A stretch of DNA of 64,000 nucleotides, taken from Thiotrichaceae bacterium UBA5859 (GTDB taxonomy: Bacteria > Pseudomonadota > Gammaproteobacteria > UBA5859). The DNA lies in NCBI GenBank assembly GCA_002432655.1, contig DJFZ01000005.1, forward strand, positions 191,314 through 255,313. Direction: 5' to 3'. Below, piece after piece: positions 10,366-23,385 of the stretch. Made by a program: the position numbers and the translations under genes. Under the pieces are notes generated by a model, which worked only from the letters and a program-made list of their open reading frames with translations, was not told the DNA's origin and ran no database searches. Position 1 is the first letter of the stretch. Each line of letters opens with the position of its first letter.

Positions 10366-11217
10366 TTAACACATAGATTGGCGAAGTTTTTTAATGGCGT
10401 TTTCCTCTACTTGGCGGATGCGTTCGTGGGAGACGCCATATTTGACTGCCAACTCTTTGAGTGTGGCTTTTGGTTCCTTTAACCAACGAGATTCGATGAT
10501 GTCTTTTGATCTCTCATCCAGTTTGTCTAGTGCGCCGATAAGGCTAGCGTAATGTTGTGTTTGTAGTTCTTCAGTACTCACTAGTTCACTAGGTTCATAG
10601 CGATGGTCAGCGATGGTATTGACCGGGGCGGAATATTGTTCCTCCTCTTCATCGATGATTGCGTCGAAGCTGTTGTCTCGGCTGGAAAGCCGCGATTCCA
10701 TTTCAAACACGTCTCCGGTGGTGACTCCGAGTTCATTAGCAATTAATTCTGCTTCTTCTTGGTTCAGCCAGCCAAGATCTTTTTTACTGCTGCGCAAATT
10801 AAAAAATAATTTACGTTGCGCTTTGGTAGTAGCCACTTTTACCATGCGCCAGTTGCGAAGCACGAACTCATGGATTTCCGCTTTAATCCAATGCACAGCG
10901 TAAGAAATTAGACGCACGTTTGCTTCAGGATCGAAGCGTTTGACGGCTTTCATTAAGCCGATGTTGCCCTCTTGTATCAAATCCGCCAATGGCAGTCCGT
11001 AACCAGAGTAATTTCTGGCAATATGGACGACGAATTTTAAGTGTCCCAATACCAATTGGCGGGCGGCATCAAGATCTTGTTCTGTATGCCATTTTAAGGC
11101 GAGCTGGCGTTCTTCCTCTGCCTCCAAGACAGGAATGGCGGCAATGGTTTGTAAGTAGCTATCCAGGCTACTGGATTGAACAACTGGCACATTATAGGTG
11201 CTTGCTAGCTTGCTCAT
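10366..11217 (-). CDS. rpoH: RNA polymerase sigma-32 heat-shock factor
   Basis: RpoH-box-like segment TKAQRKLFFNLR and region 2 sequence IQEGNIGLMKAVKRFDPEANVRLISYAVHWIKAEIHEF. It lies directly downstream of ftsYEX, as in E. coli and Pseudomonas. Confidence 0.95.
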   Translation of the reverse strand: MSKLASTYNVPVVQSSSLDSYLQTIAAIPVLEAEEERQLALKWHTEQDLDAARQLVLGHLKFVVHIARNYSGYGLPLADLIQEGNIGLMKAVKRFDPEANVRLISYAVHWIKAEIHEFVLRNWRMVKVATTKAQRKLFFNLRSSKKDLGWLNQEEAELIANELGVTTGDVFEMESRLSSRDNSFDAIIDEEEEQYSAPVNTIADHRYEPSELVSTEELQTQHYASLIGALDKLDERSKDIIESRWLKEPKATLKELAVKYGVSHERIRQVEENAIKKLRQSMC

Positions 11218-11371
11218 ACTTTTCTCCCTACAGCTCTAATGAATATCCCGATTTTAGCACTCAATCGGCTCGAGTGCTAAAAATTTTAGCACTCTACTAT
11301 TAAGACTGCTAAACCTAACACGTATCTAGTGTTCACAAGGTTCCATTTTTTGCTGAGGGTATCGGTTCAGA

Positions 11372-12316
11372 TCAGACTCGATCGATAGCAGACAGATGGC
11401 TAGAGAAAGCAGCCCAAGCACCTACAAAACCCACTGCGGTGCCGGTCGCCAATAGAAGGAACACTATTTCCATCGGGATTAATCCAGTAGGTGGTTGAAA
11501 GTTATATATTTTTGATAAATATCTCAATGGTGGGACTAGCCAGGCCACGATTAAACTTAATGCTACCCAGCTAAAGGTGGCGCCCAAAAATCCATATAAA
11601 AAACCCATATAAAGGAAAGGTCTTCGGATAAAGGGATCCGTTGCTCCCATTAATCGGCTTATTTCAATTTCGCTCTTTTTATTTTCAATGGCCAGTCTAA
11701 TAGTGTTACCAATAACAAATAACACAGCTAAAGCTAATAGAATATTTACGATTAAACCAATTCGATTGGCGATGAGTACCATTTTGGCGAACCGCTCCGC
11801 CCACTCAATATCTAGTCTGACTGAATCTACTCCTTCGATGGCTAACATCTGTTTACGTAAATCGAGGAGTTGAGGTTGACTAATGGGTGTGTTGGGAGTG
11901 ATGACCAAGGTCGCAGGTAGAGGATTGTTTGGCAGTTTTTCAATCACCGCTGACAAACCAGTACGTTCGGCGAATTCTTTTAAGCCCTGTTTTGGCGAAA
12001 TATAGTCTACATTTTTGATCCCTGTTCTTCTTTGTAGCGTTAGGCGTAGATCTAAGGCCGCACTTTCGGGCAGCTCGGGCTCCAAGAACAAGGCTAAATT
12101 GTAATTATTCGCAAGATTGTTAGAAGCTGACTGGGCGGTTTTAAGGCCGATATGGAGTAGGGTGGGCTGCAGCAAAACGACAGCAATGGTCAGAATGGTT
12201 AGTAGACTGGCGACCGGATTCTTAAGCACATCGCCAACACTGTTTAATGCCACTCGGACGTGCTCCAATAGATAAGGGCTCAGAGTGGTGTGCCAAAATG
12301 AGGACTTTCGGCTCAT
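11372..12316 (-). CDS. ftsX: cell division ABC transporter permease FtsX
   Basis: 314 aa. One TM, a periplasmic domain, then three C-terminal TM segments. It overlaps ftsE by 4 nt. Confidence 0.9.
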   Translation of the reverse strand: MSRKSSFWHTTLSPYLLEHVRVALNSVGDVLKNPVASLLTILTIAVVLLQPTLLHIGLKTAQSASNNLANNYNLALFLEPELPESAALDLRLTLQRRTGIKNVDYISPKQGLKEFAERTGLSAVIEKLPNNPLPATLVITPNTPISQPQLLDLRKQMLAIEGVDSVRLDIEWAERFAKMVLIANRIGLIVNILLALAVLFVIGNTIRLAIENKKSEIEISRLMGATDPFIRRPFLYMGFLYGFLGATFSWVALSLIVAWLVPPLRYLSKIYNFQPPTGLIPMEIVFLLLATGTAVGFVGAWAAFSSHLSAIDRV

Positions 12317-13020
12317 GAGGCTGCTACCAGCGGTTGAGTGTCAGCTCGTTGGATCCCGCCCTTTTGATCTGCTATCAAGCGTCCCTCGGCGAGTGTGAGC
12401 ACGCGATAGGGGCGATACATTAATAATTGATAATCATGGCTGGCGATGAGTAAGGTGACGCCCACCTGATTTAAGTTTTCAAACAGCTTGATTATCTCTT
12501 TAGAGAGTTCTGGATCTAGGTTCCCTGTGGGCTCATCAGCCAAGATGATGGGAGGTTTGTTCACCACGGCGCGAGCAATTCCCACCCGTTGTTGTTCACC
12601 TCCGGAAAGTGACGAGGGCAGTTTGTTTTCTTTATCTAATAGATTGACCAGATCCAGAGCAGCGTGAACTCGTCTTGGGATCTCCAACCGAGGCACGCCC
12701 GATATCACTAGAGGTAGTGCGACATTGTCAAACACGTTGCGATCAAGAAGTAAACGATGATCTTGAAATATAACGCCGATACGACGTCGATAAATTGGGA
12801 TTTGTTTGCAGGAGAGGGCCAGTAAATTTCCATTGTCTACCCAGACTTCGCCCCTTGTCGGTCTCTCGAGTAAAGTGATGAGGTTTAGTAAGGTGGATTT
12901 TCCTGCACCGGAGTGGCCGGTGAGAAACACCATTTCTCCTTGGTGGATCTGTAGATCTATACCTACTAGCCCAAACTTACCATCGTTGAAGCGTTTGGTG
13001 ACTTGACGAAACTCAATCAA
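12313..13020 (-). CDS. ftsE: cell division ATP-binding protein FtsE
   Basis: Walker [10 protein letters not shown], signature [14 protein letters not shown], Walker [12 protein letters not shown]. It sits between ftsY and ftsX. Confidence 0.92.
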   Translation of the reverse strand: MIEFRQVTKRFNDGKFGLVGIDLQIHQGEMVFLTGHSGAGKSTLLNLITLLERPTRGEVWVDNGNLLALSCKQIPIYRRRIGVIFQDHRLLLDRNVFDNVALPLVISGVPRLEIPRRVHAALDLVNLLDKENKLPSSLSGGEQQRVGIARAVVNKPPIILADEPTGNLDPELSKEIIKLFENLNQVGVTLLIASHDYQLLMYRPYRVLTLAEGRLIADQKGGIQRADTQPLVAAS

Positions 13021-13036
13021 TCCTGATTACCTAATT

Positions 13037-14002
13037 TTAGGCAGCATCATCAAACAGCGCTGCAATGAAATTGTCCGAATTGAATGGGCGTAAATCTTCC
13101 ACATCTTCGCCCACGCCGATAAAACGAATAGGAATTTTAAATTGATTGGCGACGGCAAAGATGATGCCCCCTTTTGCGGTACCGTCCAGTTTAGTTAGCG
13201 TGATACCAGTTAAACCCACGGCCTCATCAAACTGTTTTGCCTGCGAGATGGCATTTTGTCCCGTGCCAGAGTCTAATACTAACATCACCTCGTGGGGCGC
13301 ATCAGGAATAGATTTGCTTATCACTCTTTTTACCTTGGCGAGCTCCTCCATCAAATTTGATTTTGTCTGCAGCCGACCTGCAGTGTCGGCAATGAGTACG
13401 TCGATGCCTTTGGCTTTGGCGGATTCACAGGCGTCAAAGATCACAGATGCCGAATCTGCACCTATGTTTTGCGCCACCACTGGTGCGCCAAGGCGTCGCC
13501 CCCAGGATTGTAATTGCTCAATGGCGGCGGCACGAAACGTGTCGCCTGCAGCCAGCATCACGCTTTTCCCTTGTGACTGCAGCCTGCGGGCGAGTTTGCC
13601 AATGGTAGTGGTTTTACCTGCGCCATTTACTCCAACCATGAGAATAATGTAAGGTTTGGTTTGTTCTGGCAACTCTAGGGGAATGCTGCACGGCGCTAAA
13701 ATGTTCGCGAGGTCACTTTTCAAGGTTGAGTAGAGTAGTTCAGGGTTTTGCAGTTCATTCCGTTTCAATTTCTGATATAAATCATCGACTATCATTTTCG
13801 TCGCGTCTACCCCCACGTCTGCTAGCAAGAGTTGGGTTTCCACCTGCTCCAACAGATCTTCGTCTACAGATTGTTTACCGCGGATGAGATCAGATAAGGT
13901 TTGACTCAAACTGTCACGAGTTTTGGATAAACGAGCCCGTAGTTTGGAGACTACGGAATCTTTACTGTCTTTGGCTTTCTTTTTGCGTCTTAATCCGAAC
14001 AT
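13037..14002 (-). CDS. ftsY: signal recognition particle receptor FtsY
   Basis: SRP GTPase motifs GVNGAGKTTTIGKLA, DTAGR and TKLDGTAKGG, with a short basic N-terminus. Confidence 0.93.
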   Translation of the reverse strand: MFGLRRKKKAKDSKDSVVSKLRARLSKTRDSLSQTLSDLIRGKQSVDEDLLEQVETQLLLADVGVDATKMIVDDLYQKLKRNELQNPELLYSTLKSDLANILAPCSIPLELPEQTKPYIILMVGVNGAGKTTTIGKLARRLQSQGKSVMLAAGDTFRAAAIEQLQSWGRRLGAPVVAQNIGADSASVIFDACESAKAKGIDVLIADTAGRLQTKSNLMEELAKVKRVISKSIPDAPHEVMLVLDSGTGQNAISQAKQFDEAVGLTGITLTKLDGTAKGGIIFAVANQFKIPIRFIGVGEDVEDLRPFNSDNFIAALFDDAA

Positions 14003-14109
14003 CAGTGCTTATCTTGGATACTAAGGGTTAATGGTAGGTTATTTTATTTGGTAATCTAAATAATAGAAGATGCATTATCCTAGCCCAGAGCGATTATGAA
14101 GGAAATACG

Positions 14110-15480
14110 GTGAATCGAATAATCTTACGTAGTTTAGCAATTTGTCTGCTTTTACCCACTATGGGGCTGTTCGCACATGATCACAACGGAATGGGTGTGC
14201 ATGAATATCAATTGAAGAACGGTCTTAAGATATTGGTAAAGGAAGACCATCGTGCGCCGGTTGTGGCGTCAGAAATCTGGTATCGGGTGGGATCCAGCTA
14301 TGAACCTGGCGGATTGACGGGGATTTCCCATGTTTTGGAACATATGATGTTCAAAGGCACCAAAAAATATGGTTCTGGGGAGTTTTCCGAAATCATTTCG
14401 AAATTAGGAGGGCGAGAAAACGCTTTCACCAGTTATGACTACACAGGTTATTTCCAACTTCTAGAACGTAGTCACTTAGAAACCAGCTTTAAGCTTGAAG
14501 CGGATAGAATGCGCAATCTGCTACTCACTGAGGAGGAGTTTAAGAAGGAGATTGAGGTAGTGAAGGAGGAGCGTAGACTGCGTACCGAAGATAATCCCAG
14601 CGCTTTGACTTACGAGCGCTTTGTTGCTGCAGCCTATGTATCCAGCCCTTATCATCAGCCCATTATTGGTTGGATGGATGATCTTAATCATTTAACCATC
14701 CAGGATATTGAACTCTGGTATGACCAATGGTATGCGCCAAATAACGCCACTCTAGTGGTGGTGGGCGATGTGCAGCCAGAGCAGGTATTCAAACTGGCAA
14801 AAAAGTATTTCGGACGCATTAAGTCTCGTGAGTTGCCGGCCATCAAACCCCAGCGGGAGGTACCGCCAATAGGAGAGCGCCGGATCAAGGTGAGGGTGCC
14901 TGCGAAGGTGCCGATTTTGATGATGGGGTATCAAGTGCCTGTGCTGACCACCGCCGAAAAAGAGTGGGAGCCTTATGCCTTAACTGTGCTGGCGGCGGTG
15001 CTGGACGGTGGTGCCAGTGCGCGACTAGCCAAAGAGTTAATTCGTGGTGAGCAAATAGCCGCAAGCGCTGGTGCGGGCTACAATATCGCTGCCAGAATGA
15101 ATAGTCTATTCATGTTTGACGCCGTGCCGGCACCTGGGAAAACCGTAGCAGAAGTAGAAGATGCAATCCAGCAACAAATTGTCCGCTTGCAGAAGGAACC
15201 TGTTTCCCCAGCAGAATTGGCGCGTATCAAAGCCCAGGTACGAGCGGAAGACGTATATCAACAAGACTCGATCTACTATCAGGCGCGTCTACTTGGTAGC
15301 CTAGATTCTGTCGGTTTAGACTATCGCTTAATAGATTCTTACGCAGATCGAATTGAACAAGTGACAGCAGAACAGGTGCGACAAGTAGCAGTCAAGTATT
15401 TAGTTTCTGAGCGTTTGACATCAGCCATTTTGGAACCCATTTCGTTGTCCACCCAGACTAATAAGAAAGATAAATCATGA
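14110..15480 (+). CDS. M16-family zinc peptidase (active subunit, secreted)
   Basis: Signal peptide. Inverted zinc motif HVLEH in GISHVLEHMMFKGT. GTG start. Confidence 0.88.
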   Translation: MNRIILRSLAICLLLPTMGLFAHDHNGMGVHEYQLKNGLKILVKEDHRAPVVASEIWYRVGSSYEPGGLTGISHVLEHMMFKGTKKYGSGEFSEIISKLGGRENAFTSYDYTGYFQLLERSHLETSFKLEADRMRNLLLTEEEFKKEIEVVKEERRLRTEDNPSALTYERFVAAAYVSSPYHQPIIGWMDDLNHLTIQDIELWYDQWYAPNNATLVVVGDVQPEQVFKLAKKYFGRIKSRELPAIKPQREVPPIGERRIKVRVPAKVPILMMGYQVPVLTTAEKEWEPYALTVLAAVLDGGASARLAKELIRGEQIAASAGAGYNIAARMNSLFMFDAVPAPGKTVAEVEDAIQQQIVRLQKEPVSPAELARIKAQVRAEDVYQQDSIYYQARLLGSLDSVGLDYRLIDSYADRIEQVTAEQVRQVAVKYLVSERLTSAILEPISLSTQTNKKDKS

Positions 15481-16793
15481 GTCGAAACCAACTAAACTTG
15501 ATGCGTCGGCTGATAACACTCATATGCTTAGTTTTCAGTGGTCAGATTTTCGCCTTGGCTGCTATCGAAGAGTGGCGCACCAGCAATGGCATGAAGGTGC
15601 TGTTTGTGGCGGCTCCGGAACTACCAATGGTGGATTTTCGCATGGTGTTCCATGCGGGCAGTTCTCGAGACGGAGAACGTCTAGGTTTGAGTTTAATGAC
15701 CAGCGCACTGATTGCCGATGGAACCGAAAAACTAACGGCAGATGAGGTGGCACAAGGTTTCGAATCTTTGGGCGCCGAATTCTATTCAAGTGCAGATAGA
15801 GATAGTGCAGTGGTGGGTTTGCGCAGTTTGACAGATGCAAAATTGCTCAAGCCGTCCATAGCGTTAACCCAACAACTGTTGTCCGCTCCGGCGTTCCCTC
15901 AATCAGGATTTGCGCGGGTGCGCCAACAAACCTTGGTGGCAATTCAGGCGAAACAGCAATCTCCAGCAGCTATTGCCGGGATTGAATTGATGTCTGCTCT
16001 CTATCCGGACCATCCCTACGGTTTGCCTAAGGAGGGGACTGAAGAAACATTAATGGCGCTGTCACCTGTAGAGCTGAAAAATTTTTATCATCGTTACTAT
16101 GTTGCCAAAAACGGTGTGTTAGCGATTGTTGGGAATCTCACCTCACAAGAGGCGCAGCAGTTTGCTCAGCAACTGGCAGACTCCCTGCAAAGTGGGCAGG
16201 CGGCGTCGCCCATTGCGGCTCCAATTCCAGTGTCATCGGCTCAAGAGATTCATGTGGATTTTCCCTCCACTCAAACCCATATTTTCGTCGCCCAGCTTGG
16301 TATGGCGATGAATGACCCCGATTATTTCCCACTCTATGTGGGTAATCATGTTTTGGGCGGTGGCGGATTTATTTCGCGCTTGATGGAGGAGGTGCGCAGT
16401 AAGCGTGGTTTATCCTACAGTGTGTACAGTTATTTTCAGCCAATGCAGCAAACCGGCCCTTTTTTAGTGGGACTGCAAACCAAAAACAATCAAGTGGAGG
16501 AGGCGAAAGAGGCGGTAGAGACCACTTTAAGTAAATTTTTAACAGAAGGGCCGAAGCAGGAGGAGTTAGAGGCGTCGAAGCAAAATATCACCGGAGGGTT
16601 TCCGCTACGCCTCGATAGTAATCGTAAAATTGTGGATTATCTTGCACAGATCGCGTTTTACCAACTACCTCTAGATTATTTAGAGACCTTCAATGAGAAA
16701 GTGGAAGCAGTTACCATTGCCGATGTAAAGCGGGCGTTTAGGCGATTGGATGTGAATAAAATGTTGACTGTGACGGTAGGCGGTAAACAGTAG
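15477..16793 (+). CDS. M16-family peptidase-like protein (no HxxEH motif; probable non-catalytic partner)
   Basis: M16-like length and layout but no HxxEH motif. It overlaps the preceding M16 gene by 4 nt. Signal/TM segment at the N-terminus. Confidence 0.85.
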   Translation: MSRNQLNLMRRLITLICLVFSGQIFALAAIEEWRTSNGMKVLFVAAPELPMVDFRMVFHAGSSRDGERLGLSLMTSALIADGTEKLTADEVAQGFESLGAEFYSSADRDSAVVGLRSLTDAKLLKPSIALTQQLLSAPAFPQSGFARVRQQTLVAIQAKQQSPAAIAGIELMSALYPDHPYGLPKEGTEETLMALSPVELKNFYHRYYVAKNGVLAIVGNLTSQEAQQFAQQLADSLQSGQAASPIAAPIPVSSAQEIHVDFPSTQTHIFVAQLGMAMNDPDYFPLYVGNHVLGGGGFISRLMEEVRSKRGLSYSVYSYFQPMQQTGPFLVGLQTKNNQVEEAKEAVETTLSKFLTEGPKQEELEASKQNITGGFPLRLDSNRKIVDYLAQIAFYQLPLDYLETFNEKVEAVTIADVKRAFRRLDVNKMLTVTVGGKQ

Positions 16794-16807
16794 CTACATC
16801 TACGATT

Positions 16808-17383
16808 TTGGCGAAGAAACAGAAGTTTCGAATCATCGCAGGCAAATGGCGGGGACGAATATTGTCTTTTCCCGCCGGCACTCAAGTTCGACCCACCCCT
16901 GATCGAGTGCGGGAGACCCTATTTAACTGGTTGGCGCCTCATGTTGAAGGTGCCAGCTGTTTAGATCTTTTCGCTGGCACTGGGGCATTGGGGTTAGAAG
17001 CATTATCTCGGGGCGCCAAAAGAGTGGTGTTCGTTGAACAGGAGAAGATCCTAGTGCACCAACTACACCGTCATTTGGGCCTGTTGAATTGTCAGACCGC
17101 CGTTGTGCGTCAGCAGTCAGCGTTTCAGTATCTCGCCTGCACTGAAGACAAATTCGATCTGATTTTTTTGGATCCACCATTTTTCAGAGGCATGGCCATC
17201 CCCATTTTAGATAAATTACTCAGTGCTGGTGTGTTGACTGAAAAATGTCTAGTCTATCTTGAAGTAGAACAGCAATTTGATTTGACTCAGTTAACATCCT
17301 GTTGGTGCCCACTACGGCAGCAACAGGCCGGTCAGGTAGTGTATTGTTTGTTGCAAGCTGATTTGTCTGACTCGATTGTCTAA
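16808..17383 (+). CDS. rsmD: 16S rRNA (guanine966-N2)-methyltransferase RsmD
   Basis: FRIIAGKWRGRILSFP...RPTPDRVRETLFNWL closely parallels the E. coli RsmD N-terminus. Also has the GTGALGLEALSRGA SAM motif and DPPF. TTG start. Confidence 0.88.
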   Translation: MAKKQKFRIIAGKWRGRILSFPAGTQVRPTPDRVRETLFNWLAPHVEGASCLDLFAGTGALGLEALSRGAKRVVFVEQEKILVHQLHRHLGLLNCQTAVVRQQSAFQYLACTEDKFDLIFLDPPFFRGMAIPILDKLLSAGVLTEKCLVYLEVEQQFDLTQLTSCWCPLRQQQAGQVVYCLLQADLSDSIV

Positions 17384-17407
17384 AATGGAGGCTCTCTAGA
17401 ATTTTGA

Positions 17408-19862
<2,455 letters not shown>

Positions 19863-20078
19863 GCTAATTTGGGTGTCCAGAATGGTGACGGAATGTATTG
19901 AGGTAGTGTGTTTAAAGAAAAACTAGTTTGGTCTTGGTCCCTGAAGGGTCTGAATAAAAATTCGTTATAGTGTTGTCTTATCGATAGTCCGTGAACAGCT
20001 TTTTGGAGGCTTTCTGTACAATCGACAAGGTCACCTAATTCCGCACCCTAATAGGGCTTTCGGGTACAATATATCTTT

Positions 20079-22250
20079 ATGGATGTTTCTCATATATTAG
20101 ATGGTTTAAATGACGCGCAACGCAACGCAGTGACGGCGCCGGTTGATCGACACGGTCTGATATTGGCAGGTGCGGGCTCTGGCAAGACTCGGGTATTGGT
20201 TCATCGCATCGCCTATTTGGTTGAGGTGGAAAATATTTCTCCTTACCGTATCCTGGCAGTAACCTTCACTAACAAAGCCGCCAGCGAAATGCGTCAGCGA
20301 GCTGAACAACTGCTCGAACGAATTGGCGCTGGTTGGTGGATGGGTACCTTTCACGGCATTGCCCACCGAATTTTGCGTCAGCATGCCAGTGCGGCAAATC
20401 TGCCTGAGGGCTTTCAGATCCTCGATAGTGAAGACCAACTCAGAACCATCAGACGTCTGTTAAAAATACTTGAGCTGGATGAATCCAGGTGGCCACCAAG
20501 GCAAATCCAAAGTTATATCAATAGTAAGAAAGATGAAGGTTTACGCCCGCACGCCCTGGGCCAGGGGAGCGATCCTTTCCAACGTAAAATGATCGACATT
20601 TATCATCACTACGAAGATCATTGCCAGCGGGCAGGTGTCATTGATTTCGCAGAAATCTTATTAAGAGCTCACGAATTATGGTTAAACCAACCCGATATAC
20701 TTGCTGAGTATCAGCAGCGCTTTTCCCATATTTTGGTGGATGAATTCCAAGATACGAATCGTATTCAGTATGCTTGGCTGAGGGTGTTGGCCGGACATCA
20801 AGCTAAACTGTTTGTGGTCGGCGATGACGATCAATCCATATATGGTTGGCGGGGAGCGAGGATAGAGAATATTCAACAGTTTCCTCGGGATTATAGCGAA
20901 TCTTTAACTGTACGACTGGAACAAAACTACCGCTCCACAGGAAACATCTTACGTGCTGCGAATGCAATCATTCAAAATAACGTAGAACGTTTGGGTAAAG
21001 AGTTGTGGACATCTGCCGGAGAAGGTGTACCGCTTGACCTTTATGCAGCTTTCAATGAAGTGGATGAAGCGCGGTTTGTTGTCTCGCGAATCCAGCAGAA
21101 GGTAGCTGAAGGACATCAACGCCAAGAGTTCGCCGTGCTCTACCGTTCTAACGCACAGTCTCGAGTGCTTGAAGAAGCTCTATTGCAAGCCGGTGTGCCC
21201 TATCGTGTTTATGGTGGTATGCGCTTTTTCGAACGGGCAGAAATAAAGGACGCGTTGGCGTATTTAAGATTGATTAAAAATCGCGATGATGATGGTGCCC
21301 TAGAAAGAGTGATTAATACTCCTACCCGCGGTATTGGTGAAAAAACTCTTAATACGATTCGTCAACAAGCGCGGGCACAGCAGTATTCATTGTGGCAAGC
21401 AATAGCAGCAGTACTCGAAACCAATCAGTTAACCACTCGTGCCGCGGGTGCATTGAGCGCCTTCATGCACTTAATCAATCAAATGGATGAAGAAGCACGA
21501 TCTTTAACCTTGGGTGCCAGTGTGGCATTAGTATTGGAATCTTCAACTCTGTTTGATTTTTACAAACATCAGCGTGGTGAAAAAGCCCAGTCTAAGTTAG
21601 AAAATTTAGAAGAGTTGGTGGCGGCAGCCGAACAGTTCGGTACAGAAATTAGCGAAGAAGAGTTACCGCTAGATCCCTTAACTGAGTTTTTGTCTCATGC
21701 CGCACTGGAAGCGGGGGAGGCCCAGAGTGATGATTGGGAAGATGCCGTGCAATTAATGACGTTACATTCTGCCAAGGGCTTGGAATTTCCATTCGTGTTT
21801 TTATGCGGGTTGGAAGAAGGCCTGTTTCCTCATGCCATGAGTGCTGAAGATCCGCTTCGTTTGGCTGAGGAGCGGCGGTTATGCTATGTGGGTATTACTC
21901 GCGCCATGCAACAGCTGACATTAAGTCATGCAGAATCGCGTCGAATCTATGGTAAAGAAGTGTTTTCTCGCCCATCTAGATTTATACGAGAGTTGCCTAC
22001 CGAATGTATACAAGAGATTCGCGCGCAAGCGAAAATGAGTAGGCCTGTATATCGTAGTAGTCAAGAGGCTATTGTGGTGGATAAACAGCAAGAATATTCT
22101 CTTGGACAAGGTGTATTCCATCAAAAATTTGGTGAAGGTGTCATATTAAATTACGAAGGTGAGGGCGCGCGGGCGAGGATCCAAGTGCAGTTCAAGTCGG
22201 CTGGTAGCAAATGGTTAATAGCAGAATATGCCAATTTACAAGCGATATAA
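20079..22250 (+). CDS. uvrD: DNA helicase II UvrD
   Basis: 723 aa. The N-terminus MDVSHILDGLNDAQRNAV...LAGAGSGKTRVLVHRIAYL is near-identical in pattern to E. coli UvrD. SF1 motifs VDEFQDTN and YRS are present. Confidence 0.93.
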   Translation: MDVSHILDGLNDAQRNAVTAPVDRHGLILAGAGSGKTRVLVHRIAYLVEVENISPYRILAVTFTNKAASEMRQRAEQLLERIGAGWWMGTFHGIAHRILRQHASAANLPEGFQILDSEDQLRTIRRLLKILELDESRWPPRQIQSYINSKKDEGLRPHALGQGSDPFQRKMIDIYHHYEDHCQRAGVIDFAEILLRAHELWLNQPDILAEYQQRFSHILVDEFQDTNRIQYAWLRVLAGHQAKLFVVGDDDQSIYGWRGARIENIQQFPRDYSESLTVRLEQNYRSTGNILRAANAIIQNNVERLGKELWTSAGEGVPLDLYAAFNEVDEARFVVSRIQQKVAEGHQRQEFAVLYRSNAQSRVLEEALLQAGVPYRVYGGMRFFERAEIKDALAYLRLIKNRDDDGALERVINTPTRGIGEKTLNTIRQQARAQQYSLWQAIAAVLETNQLTTRAAGALSAFMHLINQMDEEARSLTLGASVALVLESSTLFDFYKHQRGEKAQSKLENLEELVAAAEQFGTEISEEELPLDPLTEFLSHAALEAGEAQSDDWEDAVQLMTLHSAKGLEFPFVFLCGLEEGLFPHAMSAEDPLRLAEERRLCYVGITRAMQQLTLSHAESRRIYGKEVFSRPSRFIRELPTECIQEIRAQAKMSRPVYRSSQEAIVVDKQQEYSLGQGVFHQKFGEGVILNYEGEGARARIQVQFKSAGSKWLIAEYANLQAI

Positions 22251-22262
22251 GGTGATATAGGA

Positions 22263-23351
22263 ATGGCCATGAAGAGGCGGGAATTAGTCAAATCAGTAGG
22301 AATAGGTGCACTCGCAGCAGGCACAGCTGTTTCAGCGCCTATGGTACAGGCGAAGAAGTCTTTTCAGTGGAAGATGGTGACCAGTTGGCCAAAGAATTTT
22401 CCGGGGTTAGGAACGGGTGCCAATTTTTTAGCTAAGACTATTGCAGAGCTGAGTGATGGTCGTATCCAGATTAAAGTGTATGGTGCTGGTGAGTTGGTTC
22501 CTGCTTTTGAAGTATTTGATGCCGTTTCAAGAGGCACAGCGCAAATGGGGCATGGTGCAGCATACTACTGGAAAGGAAAGATAGAAGCTGCGCAATTTTT
22601 TGCCGCAGTGCCCTTTGGGTTAACAGCGCAAGAGATGAATAGTTGGCTATATCACGGAGGAGGTTTAGAGCTGTGGCAAGAAGCCTATGAACCTTTCGAT
22701 CTTATTCCGACTGCTGCCGGTAACAGCGGTGTGCAGATGGCTGGTTGGTTTAATAAAGCCATTGACAGTGTCTCTGATCTCAAAGGTTTGAAAATGCGTA
22801 TTCCAGGTTTGGGAGGAGAAGTGTTAAGGCGGGCAGGCGGTACGCCAGTGAGTTTGCCTGGAGGTGAGATTTTTACCGCTCTTAAGACTGGAGCGATAGA
22901 TGCGACAGAATGGGTGGGTCCTTATAATGATTTAGCCTTTGGATTTTATAAGGCGGCTAAATACTACTATTATCCAGGTTGGCATGAACCTGGAACAACC
23001 ATTGAGTGTTTTATTAATAAAACTGCGTTTAATTCATTACCGACTGAATTGCAATCGATTGTCAAAATAGCGTGTCGTGTCGCCAATCAAGATATGCTTG
23101 CAGACATGACCGCGCGGAATAATGCTGCTTTGCAGACCTTGGTTGACAAACATAAAGTAGAGGTGCGTGCTTTGCCCGATCCTGTATTAAGTAAGTTGAA
23201 GCAATTGTCTGAGCAAGTTGTCGCTGAAATTGCTGAAAAAGATAATTTTTCGAAGAGAGTATATTCTTCTTACAATCGTTTTCGGCGACAAACCATCGAT
23301 TGGCATCGTATTTCAGAACAGGCTTTCCTCAACGCCCGTGGTGTGGTTTAG
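22263..23351 (+). CDS. TRAP transporter substrate-binding protein (DctP family) with Tat-like signal
   Basis: KRRELVK twin-arginine leader ending in an AxA-type site (MVQA/KK). 362 aa periplasmic-binding-protein length. The DctQ/DctM genes lie about 4 kb downstream. Confidence 0.85.
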   Translation: MAMKRRELVKSVGIGALAAGTAVSAPMVQAKKSFQWKMVTSWPKNFPGLGTGANFLAKTIAELSDGRIQIKVYGAGELVPAFEVFDAVSRGTAQMGHGAAYYWKGKIEAAQFFAAVPFGLTAQEMNSWLYHGGGLELWQEAYEPFDLIPTAAGNSGVQMAGWFNKAIDSVSDLKGLKMRIPGLGGEVLRRAGGTPVSLPGGEIFTALKTGAIDATEWVGPYNDLAFGFYKAAKYYYYPGWHEPGTTIECFINKTAFNSLPTELQSIVKIACRVANQDMLADMTARNNAALQTLVDKHKVEVRALPDPVLSKLKQLSEQVVAEIAEKDNFSKRVYSSYNRFRRQTIDWHRISEQAFLNARGVV

Positions 23352-23385
23352 ATTTTTTGCTTGCTAGGAATTTATTAGTCCTGTC

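Noticed and set aside
20014-20029. LexA/SOS box upstream of uvrD (CTGTACAATCGACAAG).
   Set aside because: Only the CTGT half matches CTGT-N8-ACAG, and the second half (CAAG) is poor. This is not enough to call an SOS box.
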